A program made the translations under genes and the position numbers. Positions 1 to 8,394 of a DNA stretch of 30,500 bases are shown one piece after another. The notes beneath the pieces were generated by a model. The model did not search any database and had not been told where the DNA came from. It worked only from the letters and a program-made list of their open reading frames with translations. This DNA is from a virus. Its lineage: Duplodnaviria; Caudoviricetes. The DNA is taken from positions 1-30,500 of the IMG/VR virus record IMGVR_UViG_3300045411_000040; one strand, 5' to 3'. Positions within the stretch are counted from its first letter, which is position 1, and the number at the start of each line of letters is the position of its first letter.

Positions 1-1634
1 TTAATAATTTTTGGTTCATCATATTCACTGAGTAACTTCTTCAAATCACTATCGCCTGGCTTCGGTTTTCTCCTGGTATTCAATTCAAAACCATCATTGT
101 ATACTACAAAGAAATAGACATGCTTAAATTGTCCACCTTTCCTAAAATAGATGATATTGGTTTTTGTAGGTGTATAAGGCATAAACACCCCACGTGGCAA
201 GGAAATGACGGAGAACGTTTTTGCATTCTGCATTATCATTTCTCTAGTCTTGCCAATAACCCCACCATCATAAAGGAATGTTTCGGGGACAATCACTGCT
301 GCTCTGCCATCGGGTTTTAAAGCTCGCCAAATGTGCTGTATGCAAACCGAATCAGCATTCTTGGTGGGGATGTCATAATACCCCCCAAACTTAGTTTCTT
401 GTGAATATGGTATATTCGATAGGATTACGTTATACTTATCATTTACAGGATTTTGAAGGCTATCTATCTGGTCAATATTTGAATGCCCATCTTCAAATAA
501 AATCATGTTCATCCGAGCGATGCGTGCTGTTGATGTAAACTCTCGTCCAAATACTGTTCGTTCCCTTAATGTCTCTAAAACTGTCGGGTTTTTAATGTCA
601 ACTCGTAGAGATAAATATTTGAATGCCTCTAACAGAAAACCACCTGTCCCGCAGAATGGGTCGTAGATTGTTTCTCCATACATGGGTTTTACCAAATTGA
701 CCATTGTCCGCACAATATGCCGGGGTGTGAAATATTCACCCAAATCCTTGTTGCCATGAGTAACACTCTTAAGGAAATATTCAAAGGCATCACCCTTTAT
801 ATCTGTATCAGTAGCCAAGAAGTTTATTTGACCAATCGTTTTGACAATTTCCTGCAATGTCGACGAGTTGCGAATTGCTAATTGGGGGGAGAATATTTCA
901 CCATATTGTTCTGTTATTTTCGGCCAGACTGAATCATGCACAAAGGTATACAGTTCATCATTACTATTCTCATACTTCTCGCTGAAATAACTCCAACAAT
1001 ATTTCTCATCAATTTTTCTTGGTATGCCACGATGCTCATTCAGCCTTTCTGATTCATCAAGTAACTTAAGAAACAGGATTTCAGCAAAGGCTGAAAAACG
1101 CTCGTAGCCAAATCTTAAACCCTCTTCCCGCAATAGATTATTTGTGGCTTTGAAAATGGCTAGTAATTCATCACGTGTGTATTTAATGCCCTTAGGGGCT
1201 GACAGTAGTTCTGGGCCTTCTCTAATAAACCGCAATGCTAGAAATTGATCAATAAAATCTTGTATTTCTTCACCATCAATTTTTAGCGGTCTGTCTTGGA
1301 ATATATGCTTTGCTGTAACAAATGTATCATTGAATGCGAAGGCTAATGGGGCATTTAGTGGTTTCGCATAGCGTTCAACGGCTTGTTTCATTGCAGTATC
1401 AAGGTCTTCGCCTGGACGCTTAGCCTCAATAACGCCTAAAGGGTGTGTGGTATTTGTCTCATATAGAACATAGTCTGGCTTTTTACCACTAAATAATGCA
1501 TTCTGTTCATCTGTTCTGGCTTGTCCTTGTGTTACATCACATGTTGGGTCTTTCTCATTGAGATTCCAATGTAGATTCATCAAGCGGATGTTTATCTGGG
1601 TACGTGTGTGTTCCTCAAGTGGCGGACGAATCAT
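1..1634 (-). CDS. Fused restriction endonuclease (HsdR_N-like PD-(D/E)xK) plus N6-adenine methyltransferase (HsdM / type IIB-IIG-like); 3' end runs off the window
   Basis: Hand-translated from ATG at 1634 (G-rich SD GGGAGGGGGT upstream): MIRPPLEEHTRTQINIRL...KKPDYVLY...LGVIEAKRP, then GEYFTPRHIV, IYDPFCGTGGFL (motif I) and ILSNIPY (motif IV). The same frame is still open at base 1 (...DSDLKKLLSEYDEPKII). Absent from the ORF track because no stop lies in the window. Confidence 0.92.
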   Translation of the reverse strand, partial: MIRPPLEEHTRTQINIRLMNLHWNLNEKDPTCDVTQGQARTDEQNALFSGKKPDYVLYETNTTHPLGVIEAKRPGEDLDTAMKQAVERYAKPLNAPLAFAFNDTFVTAKHIFQDRPLKIDGEEIQDFIDQFLALRFIREGPELLSAPKGIKYTRDELLAIFKATNNLLREEGLRFGYERFSAFAEILFLKLLDESERLNEHRGIPRKIDEKYCWSYFSEKYENSNDELYTFVHDSVWPKITEQYGEIFSPQLAIRNSSTLQEIVKTIGQINFLATDTDIKGDAFEYFLKSVTHGNKDLGEYFTPRHIVRTMVNLVKPMYGETIYDPFCGTGGFLLEAFKYLSLRVDIKNPTVLETLRERTVFGREFTSTARIARMNMILFEDGHSNIDQIDSLQNPVNDKYNVILSNIPYSQETKFGGYYDIPTKNADSVCIQHIWRALKPDGRAAVIVPETFLYDGGVIGKTREMIMQNAKTFSVISLPRGVFMPYTPTKTNIIYFRKGGQFKHVYFFVVYNDGFELNTRRKPKPGDSDLKKLLSEYDEPKII

Positions 1635-1687
1635 AGAGACACCCCCTCCCTCCATGTCATTTGCTAGTGCTGTAGTGATATAATCTA

Positions 1688-2635
1688 TCATAGCACTTTT
1701 ACCTTATGTACGTGTAGTGAGGGGATAGTTGCCAAAGTGTTATAATCAGGGCAAAAGTCCCGCACTTCACAGAATCTTGTGCAGCGCCGCCCATCCCAGC
1801 GTTCCTCTTTATCGCAAATGGGGGGTAATCCCTGTTTCTCTAAAGCGGTTAAAAGTTTCTCTCGTTTAGCATGAAAGTAATCCCGTATCTCATCATCGGG
1901 TAATTTCTTTATGGGGATTGTGTAAAGTTTGTTTGTAATTCCCCGCTTTTCGGCAACCTCCAACCCTCCGTCTCGGATATAAATTCTTAACAATAAAACG
2001 TCTACGGGGAAGGTGGCATCTTGCCAGAACAGTCTATATCGGTTGAGTTGCAACTTCTCATCCTTTAGGTCTGCCATGTCGGGATTAAATCCCCAAATCG
2101 GTATCATTTTCGGGGTTCCAGCCTTTCCCCAATACCCAGAGGTTTTATAGACTTCCCCTTCGGGGTCTGGCTTCTTGCCCACCATGACAATCCCCAAAGC
2201 TCTGGCGGCGGCATAAGAACCCCAGAATTTATAATCTGACAGGACATGAATACCATCCTCGACTTCGTAATTGTCCGATAACCCTGTCATCTCCTCATCT
2301 TCTAAAAACTGTTCCAAAATACTGTGCTTCGTATCAGCACCTTCCAGTTTCTTGTGCCCCTTTGTCCCAGTGAACATAAAAACAAGGTCTTCGGGAGATA
2401 CAAAATAGTCCTGCGTTAGTCTTAAATAAGCTATCCGTGTCGGAAGGATTAACTGGGTCGTGGACGGCTTCCCTTTCCATTGCCTGACCTGTGCCATCGC
2501 CGACATTTGGGATAACGTCCCGCAGCGGCGGACATTAAAGCCATTAACCTGAATAGGCTGGCGGCATTTAGTCAGACATTCCTCATGCCTTATCTTTTCA
2601 CCATTAGGGCAGATAAAGCCTACTTGCATTCCCAA
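1688..2635 (-). CDS. Cas4/AddB-like PD-(D/E)xK exonuclease, solo phage type
   Basis: GTKGH, E..., GLSD, LSDYKF and QLNRY motifs. C-terminal Cys cluster C-x9-C-x3-C-x5-C. Confidence 0.8.
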   Translation of the reverse strand: MGMQVGFICPNGEKIRHEECLTKCRQPIQVNGFNVRRCGTLSQMSAMAQVRQWKGKPSTTQLILPTRIAYLRLTQDYFVSPEDLVFMFTGTKGHKKLEGADTKHSILEQFLEDEEMTGLSDNYEVEDGIHVLSDYKFWGSYAAARALGIVMVGKKPDPEGEVYKTSGYWGKAGTPKMIPIWGFNPDMADLKDEKLQLNRYRLFWQDATFPVDVLLLRIYIRDGGLEVAEKRGITNKLYTIPIKKLPDDEIRDYFHAKREKLLTALEKQGLPPICDKEERWDGRRCTRFCEVRDFCPDYNTLATIPSLHVHKVKVL

Positions 2636-3195
2636 TCCTCCCCATTCCAGACCTTGTTATGTTTCTCCATCATCACAAAGGCAAGCCAAAGTTGTTCCAT
2701 TGAACCAAAGACACCTATCGGAGTAACGGAATCCTTATACTCCCAATGTCTACGAATAAAAGCATCAAACCTTTCAAGTAGATGGTCTAAATCGCTCGTC
2801 CCCTTAACCATCCCCTGTAAATCGTCTTGGCGGGGCAGCCAAGTACATTTTTCAATTTCTTTCCACTCCTCATCTTCTACCCTACCATGATTTAGCCCAA
2901 ACTCAACCAACATTCTTGATTGGGGATAGGTTGAATCTGTCTTAATGTGATGTTCTTTGTCAATGCTATGGTTTATAAACGTAACTCCCCTAATTCCCTT
3001 GTTGGCTGCCACCCAACTGGGGTTCTCATCTTTATAATTATGTTTACTATATACGCTAGTATGGTCTGATTTGCATTTCCGCCTATAAAAAATGAAGTCG
3101 GGTATATAAGCCAAATCACCTTTTTGCGGCAGCCATATCCTTTGTATCTCAATTGCCTTCTCGCACATCTTGATATAGATTTCTGAAGTGTCCAT
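2620..3195 (-). CDS. Phage hypothetical protein
   Basis: 191-aa ORF overlapping both neighbours, with WLPRQDDLQ and SMEQLWLAFVM segments. Confidence 0.75.
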   Translation of the reverse strand: MDTSEIYIKMCEKAIEIQRIWLPQKGDLAYIPDFIFYRRKCKSDHTSVYSKHNYKDENPSWVAANKGIRGVTFINHSIDKEHHIKTDSTYPQSRMLVEFGLNHGRVEDEEWKEIEKCTWLPRQDDLQGMVKGTSDLDHLLERFDAFIRRHWEYKDSVTPIGVFGSMEQLWLAFVMMEKHNKVWNGEDWECK

Positions 3196-3479
3196 TATAG
3201 TATCCCCATTTTCCGCAGAAATTCTTCGGTTAAACTTGTTTTTACTCTAACTCCATAGTTGTACCCCGTCCACCACGCATCTTGCCTTATTTCCTCTATC
3301 CGTTTCTCATACCAAGAGGGAATTAAACCATACTTTAGTCTCCTCCATATGGTTATGCAAATTCTAACCACCACATTGAGAATAATCGGATAGCAAACAC
3401 CCTGCCCAGTAGCATGTTGCCAATAGGTTAACCCATACCATTTGGGCATCTTATCATACTCGTTGATTATGCGCTTCAT
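3195..3479 (-). CDS. Phage hypothetical protein
   Basis: 94-aa ORF with coupled start/stop overlaps on both sides. Confidence 0.7.
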   Translation of the reverse strand: MKRIINEYDKMPKWYGLTYWQHATGQGVCYPIILNVVVRICITIWRRLKYGLIPSWYEKRIEEIRQDAWWTGYNYGVRVKTSLTEEFLRKMGIL

Positions 3480-3961
3480 TTCCCTTCTTTATCAGCGTGT
3501 GTTGCCATTAGTGCCACGAGTAATTTGTCATAGGTGTCTGCCACGCACTTTACCGCCTCGGCTAATCCCATTTCGGGGTTCATGTAAAACTTGGTTAAAT
3601 CCACAGCTTGCATTAAACAACACCGCCTTGTCGTCCATACTTCAGCATCCCATGTGTTGCGCTGCACAGGCTTTTCACTCTTTTGCGGAGTTTCGCTAGA
3701 TGGTGAAACAGGACTGGGGGGTGAAATTATCTCCACTTGTTTGAGATTCCAGAACTGTCCCTCCTTTTCTAACTTCACCGAAAGGGTTAATTTCTTTTCA
3801 AAAGCCCATTGAATGCTCTTTTGCAAATCGGGGTCAAATATGCTCTGTTTTGATTCCTTTTGATTCTCGGTATCCACCAAGACGGCGGATAAGTATTCTT
3901 TAGACCCGTCTTTGGTGTTTAGCCAATCAGCACTTTTTACAGTTACTTCTCTTGTTATCAT
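3476..3961 (-). CDS. Putative ssDNA-binding (OB-fold-like) protein
   Basis: Beta-rich N-terminal ~80 aa, Pro/Ser linker, helical C-terminal domain. SD AGGAG. Lies near the exonuclease. Function is inference. Confidence 0.45.
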   Translation of the reverse strand: MITREVTVKSADWLNTKDGSKEYLSAVLVDTENQKESKQSIFDPDLQKSIQWAFEKKLTLSVKLEKEGQFWNLKQVEIISPPSPVSPSSETPQKSEKPVQRNTWDAEVWTTRRCCLMQAVDLTKFYMNPEMGLAEAVKCVADTYDKLLVALMATHADKEGK

Positions 3962-3970
3962 TTCTTACTC

Positions 3971-4165
3971 CTAAAACGGCAAGTCTTTGGATGGAAGGTG
4001 GTAGATGAAATGCCAAGTCATAATATTCTTGCCATCTATAAAAAATTCAACCCTATCTAGTTGTCCTTGAATATCAAGTTGCGGTAGATTCATCCACTTT
4101 AGAGCTTCTTGTGGGTCTTCCCCCTCAATCTGAATCTTGCCATGTTTTATGTAATCTATTATCAT
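3971..4165 (-). CDS. Small hypothetical protein (likely start MIIDYIKHG)
   Basis: ATGA overlap with the upstream stop at 4162-4165. The ORF track extends it to 4210. Confidence 0.55.
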   Translation of the reverse strand: MIIDYIKHGKIQIEGEDPQEALKWMNLPQLDIQGQLDRVEFFIDGKNIMTWHFIYHLPSKDLPF

Positions 4166-4449
4166 TTCAGTCCTATCTCCTCTCGACATTCTGCCCAACA
4201 TTGAGAGCACCTGCGTCGTTTACGGCGGGATTTATGAACAATCCCACCACCAATCTCAGCAGGAAATTCTATTTCATTATGTTCAGGATTATCACAATAT
4301 TCATCTCCCCATTTAATTGCAGCATCAACGCCTTCTTGCCAAGCCTCACCATCTCGTTTGAGCCGCTTGGCAGTTAGTTCGGAGAGATGCCCGTGTGTGG
4401 CAATGGCAAGTTCCTCAAACTTCTTGAAATATGGATTCTCATGTTTCAT
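4162..4449 (-). CDS. Hypothetical protein with possible Zn ligands
   Basis: 95 aa with C-x4-H and CxxC. Tightly packed in the operon. Confidence 0.65.
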   Translation of the reverse strand: MKHENPYFKKFEELAIATHGHLSELTAKRLKRDGEAWQEGVDAAIKWGDEYCDNPEHNEIEFPAEIGGGIVHKSRRKRRRCSQCWAECREEIGLK

Positions 4450-4450
4450 T

Positions 4451-4678
4451 TCAAACCCCTAACGGCTTGTGCCATTCTCCAACTGTTTGTTCGGCATCTT
4501 CTCTGCCAGCTTCATACCCAGCCTCATAGAGTTTATGGAGTTTATTCTTGACCTCGGCGAAGTTAATGGACTGAGGCAGGGTTGGTTTAGTATCAGCAAT
4601 CCTAGCTACTAGCCAGTAAAGCACCTCATCGGCGGGATGTAAATCCCTGATTCGGGATAAATTAAATCCTACGGTCAT
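4451..4678 (-). CDS. Small hypothetical protein
   Basis: 75 aa, SD GAGGTG upstream, YEAGYEAG repeat. Confidence 0.65.
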   Translation of the reverse strand: MTVGFNLSRIRDLHPADEVLYWLVARIADTKPTLPQSINFAEVKNKLHKLYEAGYEAGREDAEQTVGEWHKPLGV

Positions 4679-4692
4679 TATTCAACTCACCT

Positions 4693-4845
4693 CTAAATGT
4701 AATAAATTACAAGACAGGCTATTGCTAATATGGTTAGCCAAGACGATGCCCAAATAGTAATAAAATGGTTATCCATTATGCCTAGGATAAGCGATGCAAT
4801 TCCAATACCTAAGCCCATACATATTAAAGGGTAAAAATAGTCCAT
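4693..4845 (-). CDS. Small two-TM membrane protein (50 aa, not in ORF track)
   Basis: Hand translation MDYFYPLICMGLGIGIASLILGIMDNHFITIWASSWLTILAIACLVIYYI*. Fills the gap between neighbours. Confidence 0.6.
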   Translation of the reverse strand: MDYFYPLICMGLGIGIASLILGIMDNHFITIWASSWLTILAIACLVIYYI

Positions 4846-4851
4846 CTTTTC

Positions 4852-5034
4852 TCATCGCCTCCAAAATCGAAATTTGCGGGTGTATTTGCGTATTACTAAA
4901 TCGATAGCTTCCCGCAACAAATCCGATTTGCTTTTGTTTTCCCTTTTCGCTAATTCCTCAAACTCATTAAGTTTCTCAAAGGTAACGGCGGTGTTCAGAA
5001 AATGTTCGCTTCCGTGTTTGAAATTTCTTGACAT
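4852..5034 (-). CDS. Ribbon-helix-helix (CopG/Arc-like) DNA-binding protein
   Basis: NTAVTFEKLNEFEELAKRENKSKSDLLREAID fits the RHH pattern. SD AAGGAG. First gene after a promoter. Confidence 0.85.
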   Translation of the reverse strand: MSRNFKHGSEHFLNTAVTFEKLNEFEELAKRENKSKSDLLREAIDLVIRKYTRKFRFWRR

Positions 5035-5053
5035 TGTTCTAATCTCCTTATAT

Positions 5054-5115
5054 AGAATAACACCATTGTTTGATATTTGTCAATAGGTTTTCCGCTAATT
5101 TTACAAAAAATTTAT
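5054..5115 (-). promoter_or_regulatory. sigma70-like promoter for the RHH/early operon
   Basis: TTGACA (5083-5078), 18 nt, TATTCT (5059-5054) with an extended TG and upstream A/T tracts. Confidence 0.65.
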
Positions 5116-5133
5116 GGCGGCTTCTTTGCGTGG

Positions 5134-6219
5134 CTATTTGGGGGGTGAATCCCCGCTTAGTGGGGTGGGCAGAAAATTACGGTCTGTGTGTAGGTGATAT
5201 TCCCAAGTACGCCCGTATGTGTTATGAACCCCACAAGTTAATTGAACAGGGCTAGAAGCCCGCCCTATGACTTCCAATGCCCATTCATCACCCGTAACTA
5301 ATGGTGGGCACATTGTGTAGTCGGCTATCGAGTTAATGTGGTCTTTCCCCCCAACGTGCCAGTGCCCGTTATAGGCATAATGGAATCCGCCAACGTAGGC
5401 GTAATATTCTTGATACTTTCGGCGTAGAGCAAATAAAGGAACGCCCTGATTAGCCCTCACTTGGTCGCCATGAATCAAAAAGAAGCGAAACCCACGGATG
5501 GTAATCAGTTGGTAGAAATCGTCAGTTACGTGAATCTTAATGTTTCTCTGATTCTCCAGTTGTTTCTCTAGTGCTTTGTAGAGGAAATTATCCCAATTGG
5601 TTCTAGGAACTGCGGTCTTATCATATTTGCCATGATTCCCCCTCACACCATACCAATCTATCTGAGATACACCCTGAGACAATGAGATTAGAAATTCGCT
5701 TAGTATTGGTACAGCGTGGTCGTGTATTTGCCCAAAAGCCCCGACTTTACATTCCTCAATATGCCCGCCCTTGTAAATAGATTCGCCATGAACCATGTCA
5801 CCCAAGGCGAACACATGTGCATTTCTGATGGGGCGGTGAAGATTGATAATTGTTTCAGTGGAATCTAAAAGATAATCCATGCGGGCTTTGTAAATGGTGG
5901 GGTTGTAGGTTGTGGTTTCTCGCCCTACATGGTGGTCGGAAAGAATAATAACAATATCTTCTTCATCTCTTTGTTTTTTCATTGCCTTGAAGGGCTTGAT
6001 TTTCAAGTCGGGATAGGGGATATACTCTTTTGCTGATTCGGCTAGTGGTGGGATTATCCCACCATTCCGCTTTATACCCCGTTCACGCATCCGCTTTTCA
6101 TAGCTGGGCTTTTCCATGCCTAATTCCCCAGCTCTCTTTTCCCGCCATTCGGGGGTAGAGGATAGATATGCCTTAACTTCAGTATCCCAGTCTTTTGTCC
6201 CTAATTTTGGTATTGCCAT
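5134..6219 (-). CDS. Calcineurin-like metallophosphoesterase with N-terminal HTH-like segment
   Basis: All five motifs: SDHH, LGDMVHG, GNHG, IHGD, GHWH. Confidence 0.88.
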   Translation of the reverse strand: MAIPKLGTKDWDTEVKAYLSSTPEWREKRAGELGMEKPSYEKRMRERGIKRNGGIIPPLAESAKEYIPYPDLKIKPFKAMKKQRDEEDIVIILSDHHVGRETTTYNPTIYKARMDYLLDSTETIINLHRPIRNAHVFALGDMVHGESIYKGGHIEECKVGAFGQIHDHAVPILSEFLISLSQGVSQIDWYGVRGNHGKYDKTAVPRTNWDNFLYKALEKQLENQRNIKIHVTDDFYQLITIRGFRFFLIHGDQVRANQGVPLFALRRKYQEYYAYVGGFHYAYNGHWHVGGKDHINSIADYTMCPPLVTGDEWALEVIGRASSPVQLTCGVHNTYGRTWEYHLHTDRNFLPTPLSGDSPPK

Positions 6220-6272
6220 AATCCGTAACTCGAAGCTACTTTACCTCCTTTTTGCGTGGCGCTACACATTAT

Positions 6273-6890
6273 TTATATCTTTAGCTCCATAACTTCCTGA
6301 TAGCATCTTTTGGCTGCGATTTCACAATACTTTTCCTCAATTTCGATTCCAATAGAATATCGGTTTAATTTCTTGGCACAGTAACAGGTTGTGCCTGAGC
6401 CGAGAAAGGGGTCAAGAACTAAGTTGTTTTCACTTGTAAACTTTTCGATTAAAGCCAAAGATGGCTCAATTCCCTGTTGCCATTCATGGCTTATTTTTAC
6501 CCGCTTGCTTTTTATAACATCAGGACACCATCTGGTTTTATTCGCCTCACCGTTACTGAAGACAACAATGGGTCGCCAACGTGAGTGGGTATTTGTCTTA
6601 AAATATCTTAAATCACTACTGAGTTGTAATACGCAATAAATCCAAAAGTAATGCCATCTCCTGAATGAATAAATAATACTCGGTACAAAATTGCTGCCAC
6701 CATATATAGCAATAAAGCCGCCTTCTTTAATAACTTGAATAGTGCCAAGATAATCATAAAATTTCTTTGCAGACTTATTCCACGGCGGGTCGGTCAGCAC
6801 CAAGTCCACCTTAACATCCAACTGTGGCAATATCTCTTGGCAATCACCGTGATAAATTGTTACCCATTTATCCTGATAGTAGGGTTTCAC
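6273..6890 (-). CDS. Orphan DNA methyltransferase, N4-C/N6-A beta class
   Basis: Motif IV TDPPW precedes motif I LDPFLGSGTT, then GIEI. GTG start overlaps the upstream stop. Confidence 0.9.
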   Translation of the reverse strand: MKPYYQDKWVTIYHGDCQEILPQLDVKVDLVLTDPPWNKSAKKFYDYLGTIQVIKEGGFIAIYGGSNFVPSIIYSFRRWHYFWIYCVLQLSSDLRYFKTNTHSRWRPIVVFSNGEANKTRWCPDVIKSKRVKISHEWQQGIEPSLALIEKFTSENNLVLDPFLGSGTTCYCAKKLNRYSIGIEIEEKYCEIAAKRCYQEVMELKI

Positions 6891-7165
6891 CCCTTTATTC
6901 CATTTCGGTATCTCAGTAATAAAAAAAGAATCGCCGCATTCGTCAGCAAGTTAGCTGATTGTGCAGCGATAAACACAGGTGCTTGTATATAAATTGCGTG
7001 GTATAGATAACATGACAAAGCACAGAATAAGAACACATATGTCCATATCGAAACTTTAGTATGCTTATGTTTTAGGATGGAATATAGCTGGGGAATCGGA
7101 ACGCAGATACCTACCACAAGCCCCGCATATCCGACAATATACCCGAAGGTTAGATATTCTGGCAT
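6887..7165 (-). CDS. PQ-loop / SemiSWEET-like three-TM membrane protein
   Basis: 92 aa, three hydrophobic helices, IPQLYSILK PQ motif after TM1. Confidence 0.75.
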   Translation of the reverse strand: MPEYLTFGYIVGYAGLVVGICVPIPQLYSILKHKHTKVSIWTYVFLFCALSCYLYHAIYIQAPVFIAAQSANLLTNAAILFLLLRYRNGIKG

Positions 7166-7282
7166 GGTAATTTTTATGAAAATGATTATTGTCTATTATA
7201 CACCCCATGTCAAGTCTTGGCTATTCTTTAGCCGTCTTTCGGGCAGCGGTCTAGTTTTGTGGCTTTACTCATAAAAACCCCT

Positions 7283-7825
7283 TTATGCCTTCTCAGGATG
7301 ATTACATGACTTTGTGGGGCATTGTAGGGCTACTTGAGAATCCTTGTCTATAAGATAATTTAAGGATAACTCTCTAGGCTCATCTGCCCGATAAACTGTT
7401 TTGATTTTATAGTGCGGGTTTGTGCCAATAGCCCATATATCATTATTCTGTGGTTCTGCCTCGAAGGCGCCATTGGGTGTTAGAATAACTAGCCATGCGT
7501 GATAGCCTTCAGTAGTTTGTCCCCAGACCTCAAAACAGCCATTAGCCTGATATTTGATGAAGGCTTTATCACAAGCATGGTGAGCGAACTTATCGCAATC
7601 TATACCCCTTTCGGTTGCTGTGATGGGTTTATAAGCTGGCATCTCGGCATGTGCCTCTGTTATGATGTCTATCCAGATATTTTCATCAGGGAACCAGAAA
7701 TAATCATCCCTGAAACCAATGGTGCATGTTACGCCAGCAGCCTTGAATATATTGGCGACTTCAATAGCAGAAAGCACATGCCAAGTTATAGGCGTTTGAG
7801 GTTTAAAGTTAAACAATTTGCACAT
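7283..7825 (-). CDS. Papain/transglutaminase-like cysteine protease (MOA Agglutinin_C-like)
   Basis: DCDKFA...YHAW...EAEPQN Cys-His-Glu triad pattern. Confidence 0.65.
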   Translation of the reverse strand: MCKLFNFKPQTPITWHVLSAIEVANIFKAAGVTCTIGFRDDYFWFPDENIWIDIITEAHAEMPAYKPITATERGIDCDKFAHHACDKAFIKYQANGCFEVWGQTTEGYHAWLVILTPNGAFEAEPQNNDIWAIGTNPHYKIKTVYRADEPRELSLNYLIDKDSQVALQCPTKSCNHPEKA

Positions 7826-8394
7826 TACTTAAACACCCGTATTTTGCTTATTGTGAAGGGGATAGTCTCACAGAAATTGGGAGTGCAGATGATGGGATGC
7901 TTGCCAACTTCGAGGTCTTTGTATTCCCCGTCATTCTGTGGTTCGATATACATCATCTCGACCTCGCCATCCTGACAAATCTCAAAAGCTACGGCGGTAT
8001 GTCCGCCGCTGGGGTCTTCCGCAACGTTAATTACCACAAGCCAAGCGGGATAACCAGCCTGCCAAGCGTTATGAATTAGGTCGGCAGCGAAGCTATCACA
8101 TTGGTAATCTACAGTGTAGGGATTCTCGTTGGTCTTATCTGTCTCCAGAAAATCGAGTATTGTTTGACGTTCTGGATACAGAACACACAGGTCATAATCT
8201 ATCTGGCACTCTAGGGCATCCTTGAAACCCACTGTATAGCCGATATGATAACTTGTGTCTAAGGATTGCTCGTTTAGCTTGATAGCCCCATATCGCCCCT
8301 CGGTAAATCCCCTATCATAACAAGCCCAACCAATCAGGATACAGAAGATGAGTAGGGCAAGTATAATGGCGAAAAGGGTAATCGGTCTTTTCAT
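7825..8394 (-). CDS. Membrane-anchored or secreted papain/transglutaminase-like cysteine protease
   Basis: N-terminal hydrophobic helix, then QCDSFA...GHTAVAF...YIEPQND. Confidence 0.65.
   Translation of the reverse strand: MKRPITLFAIILALLIFCILIGWACYDRGFTEGRYGAIKLNEQSLDTSYHIGYTVGFKDALECQIDYDLCVLYPERQTILDFLETDKTNENPYTVDYQCDSFAADLIHNAWQAGYPAWLVVINVAEDPSGGHTAVAFEICQDGEVEMMYIEPQNDGEYKDLEVGKHPIICTPNFCETIPFTISKIRVFK

Noticed and set aside
1688-2635. CRISPR-Cas locus suggested by the Cas4-like gene
   Set aside because: No repeat-spacer array or other cas genes. Solo Cas4-like nucleases are common in phages.
5125-6260. 10-bp direct repeat TTTGCGTGGC (5125-5134, 6251-6260) flanking the phosphoesterase gene
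   Set aside because: Too short, with no transposase or inverted ends, so it cannot be called a target-site duplication.
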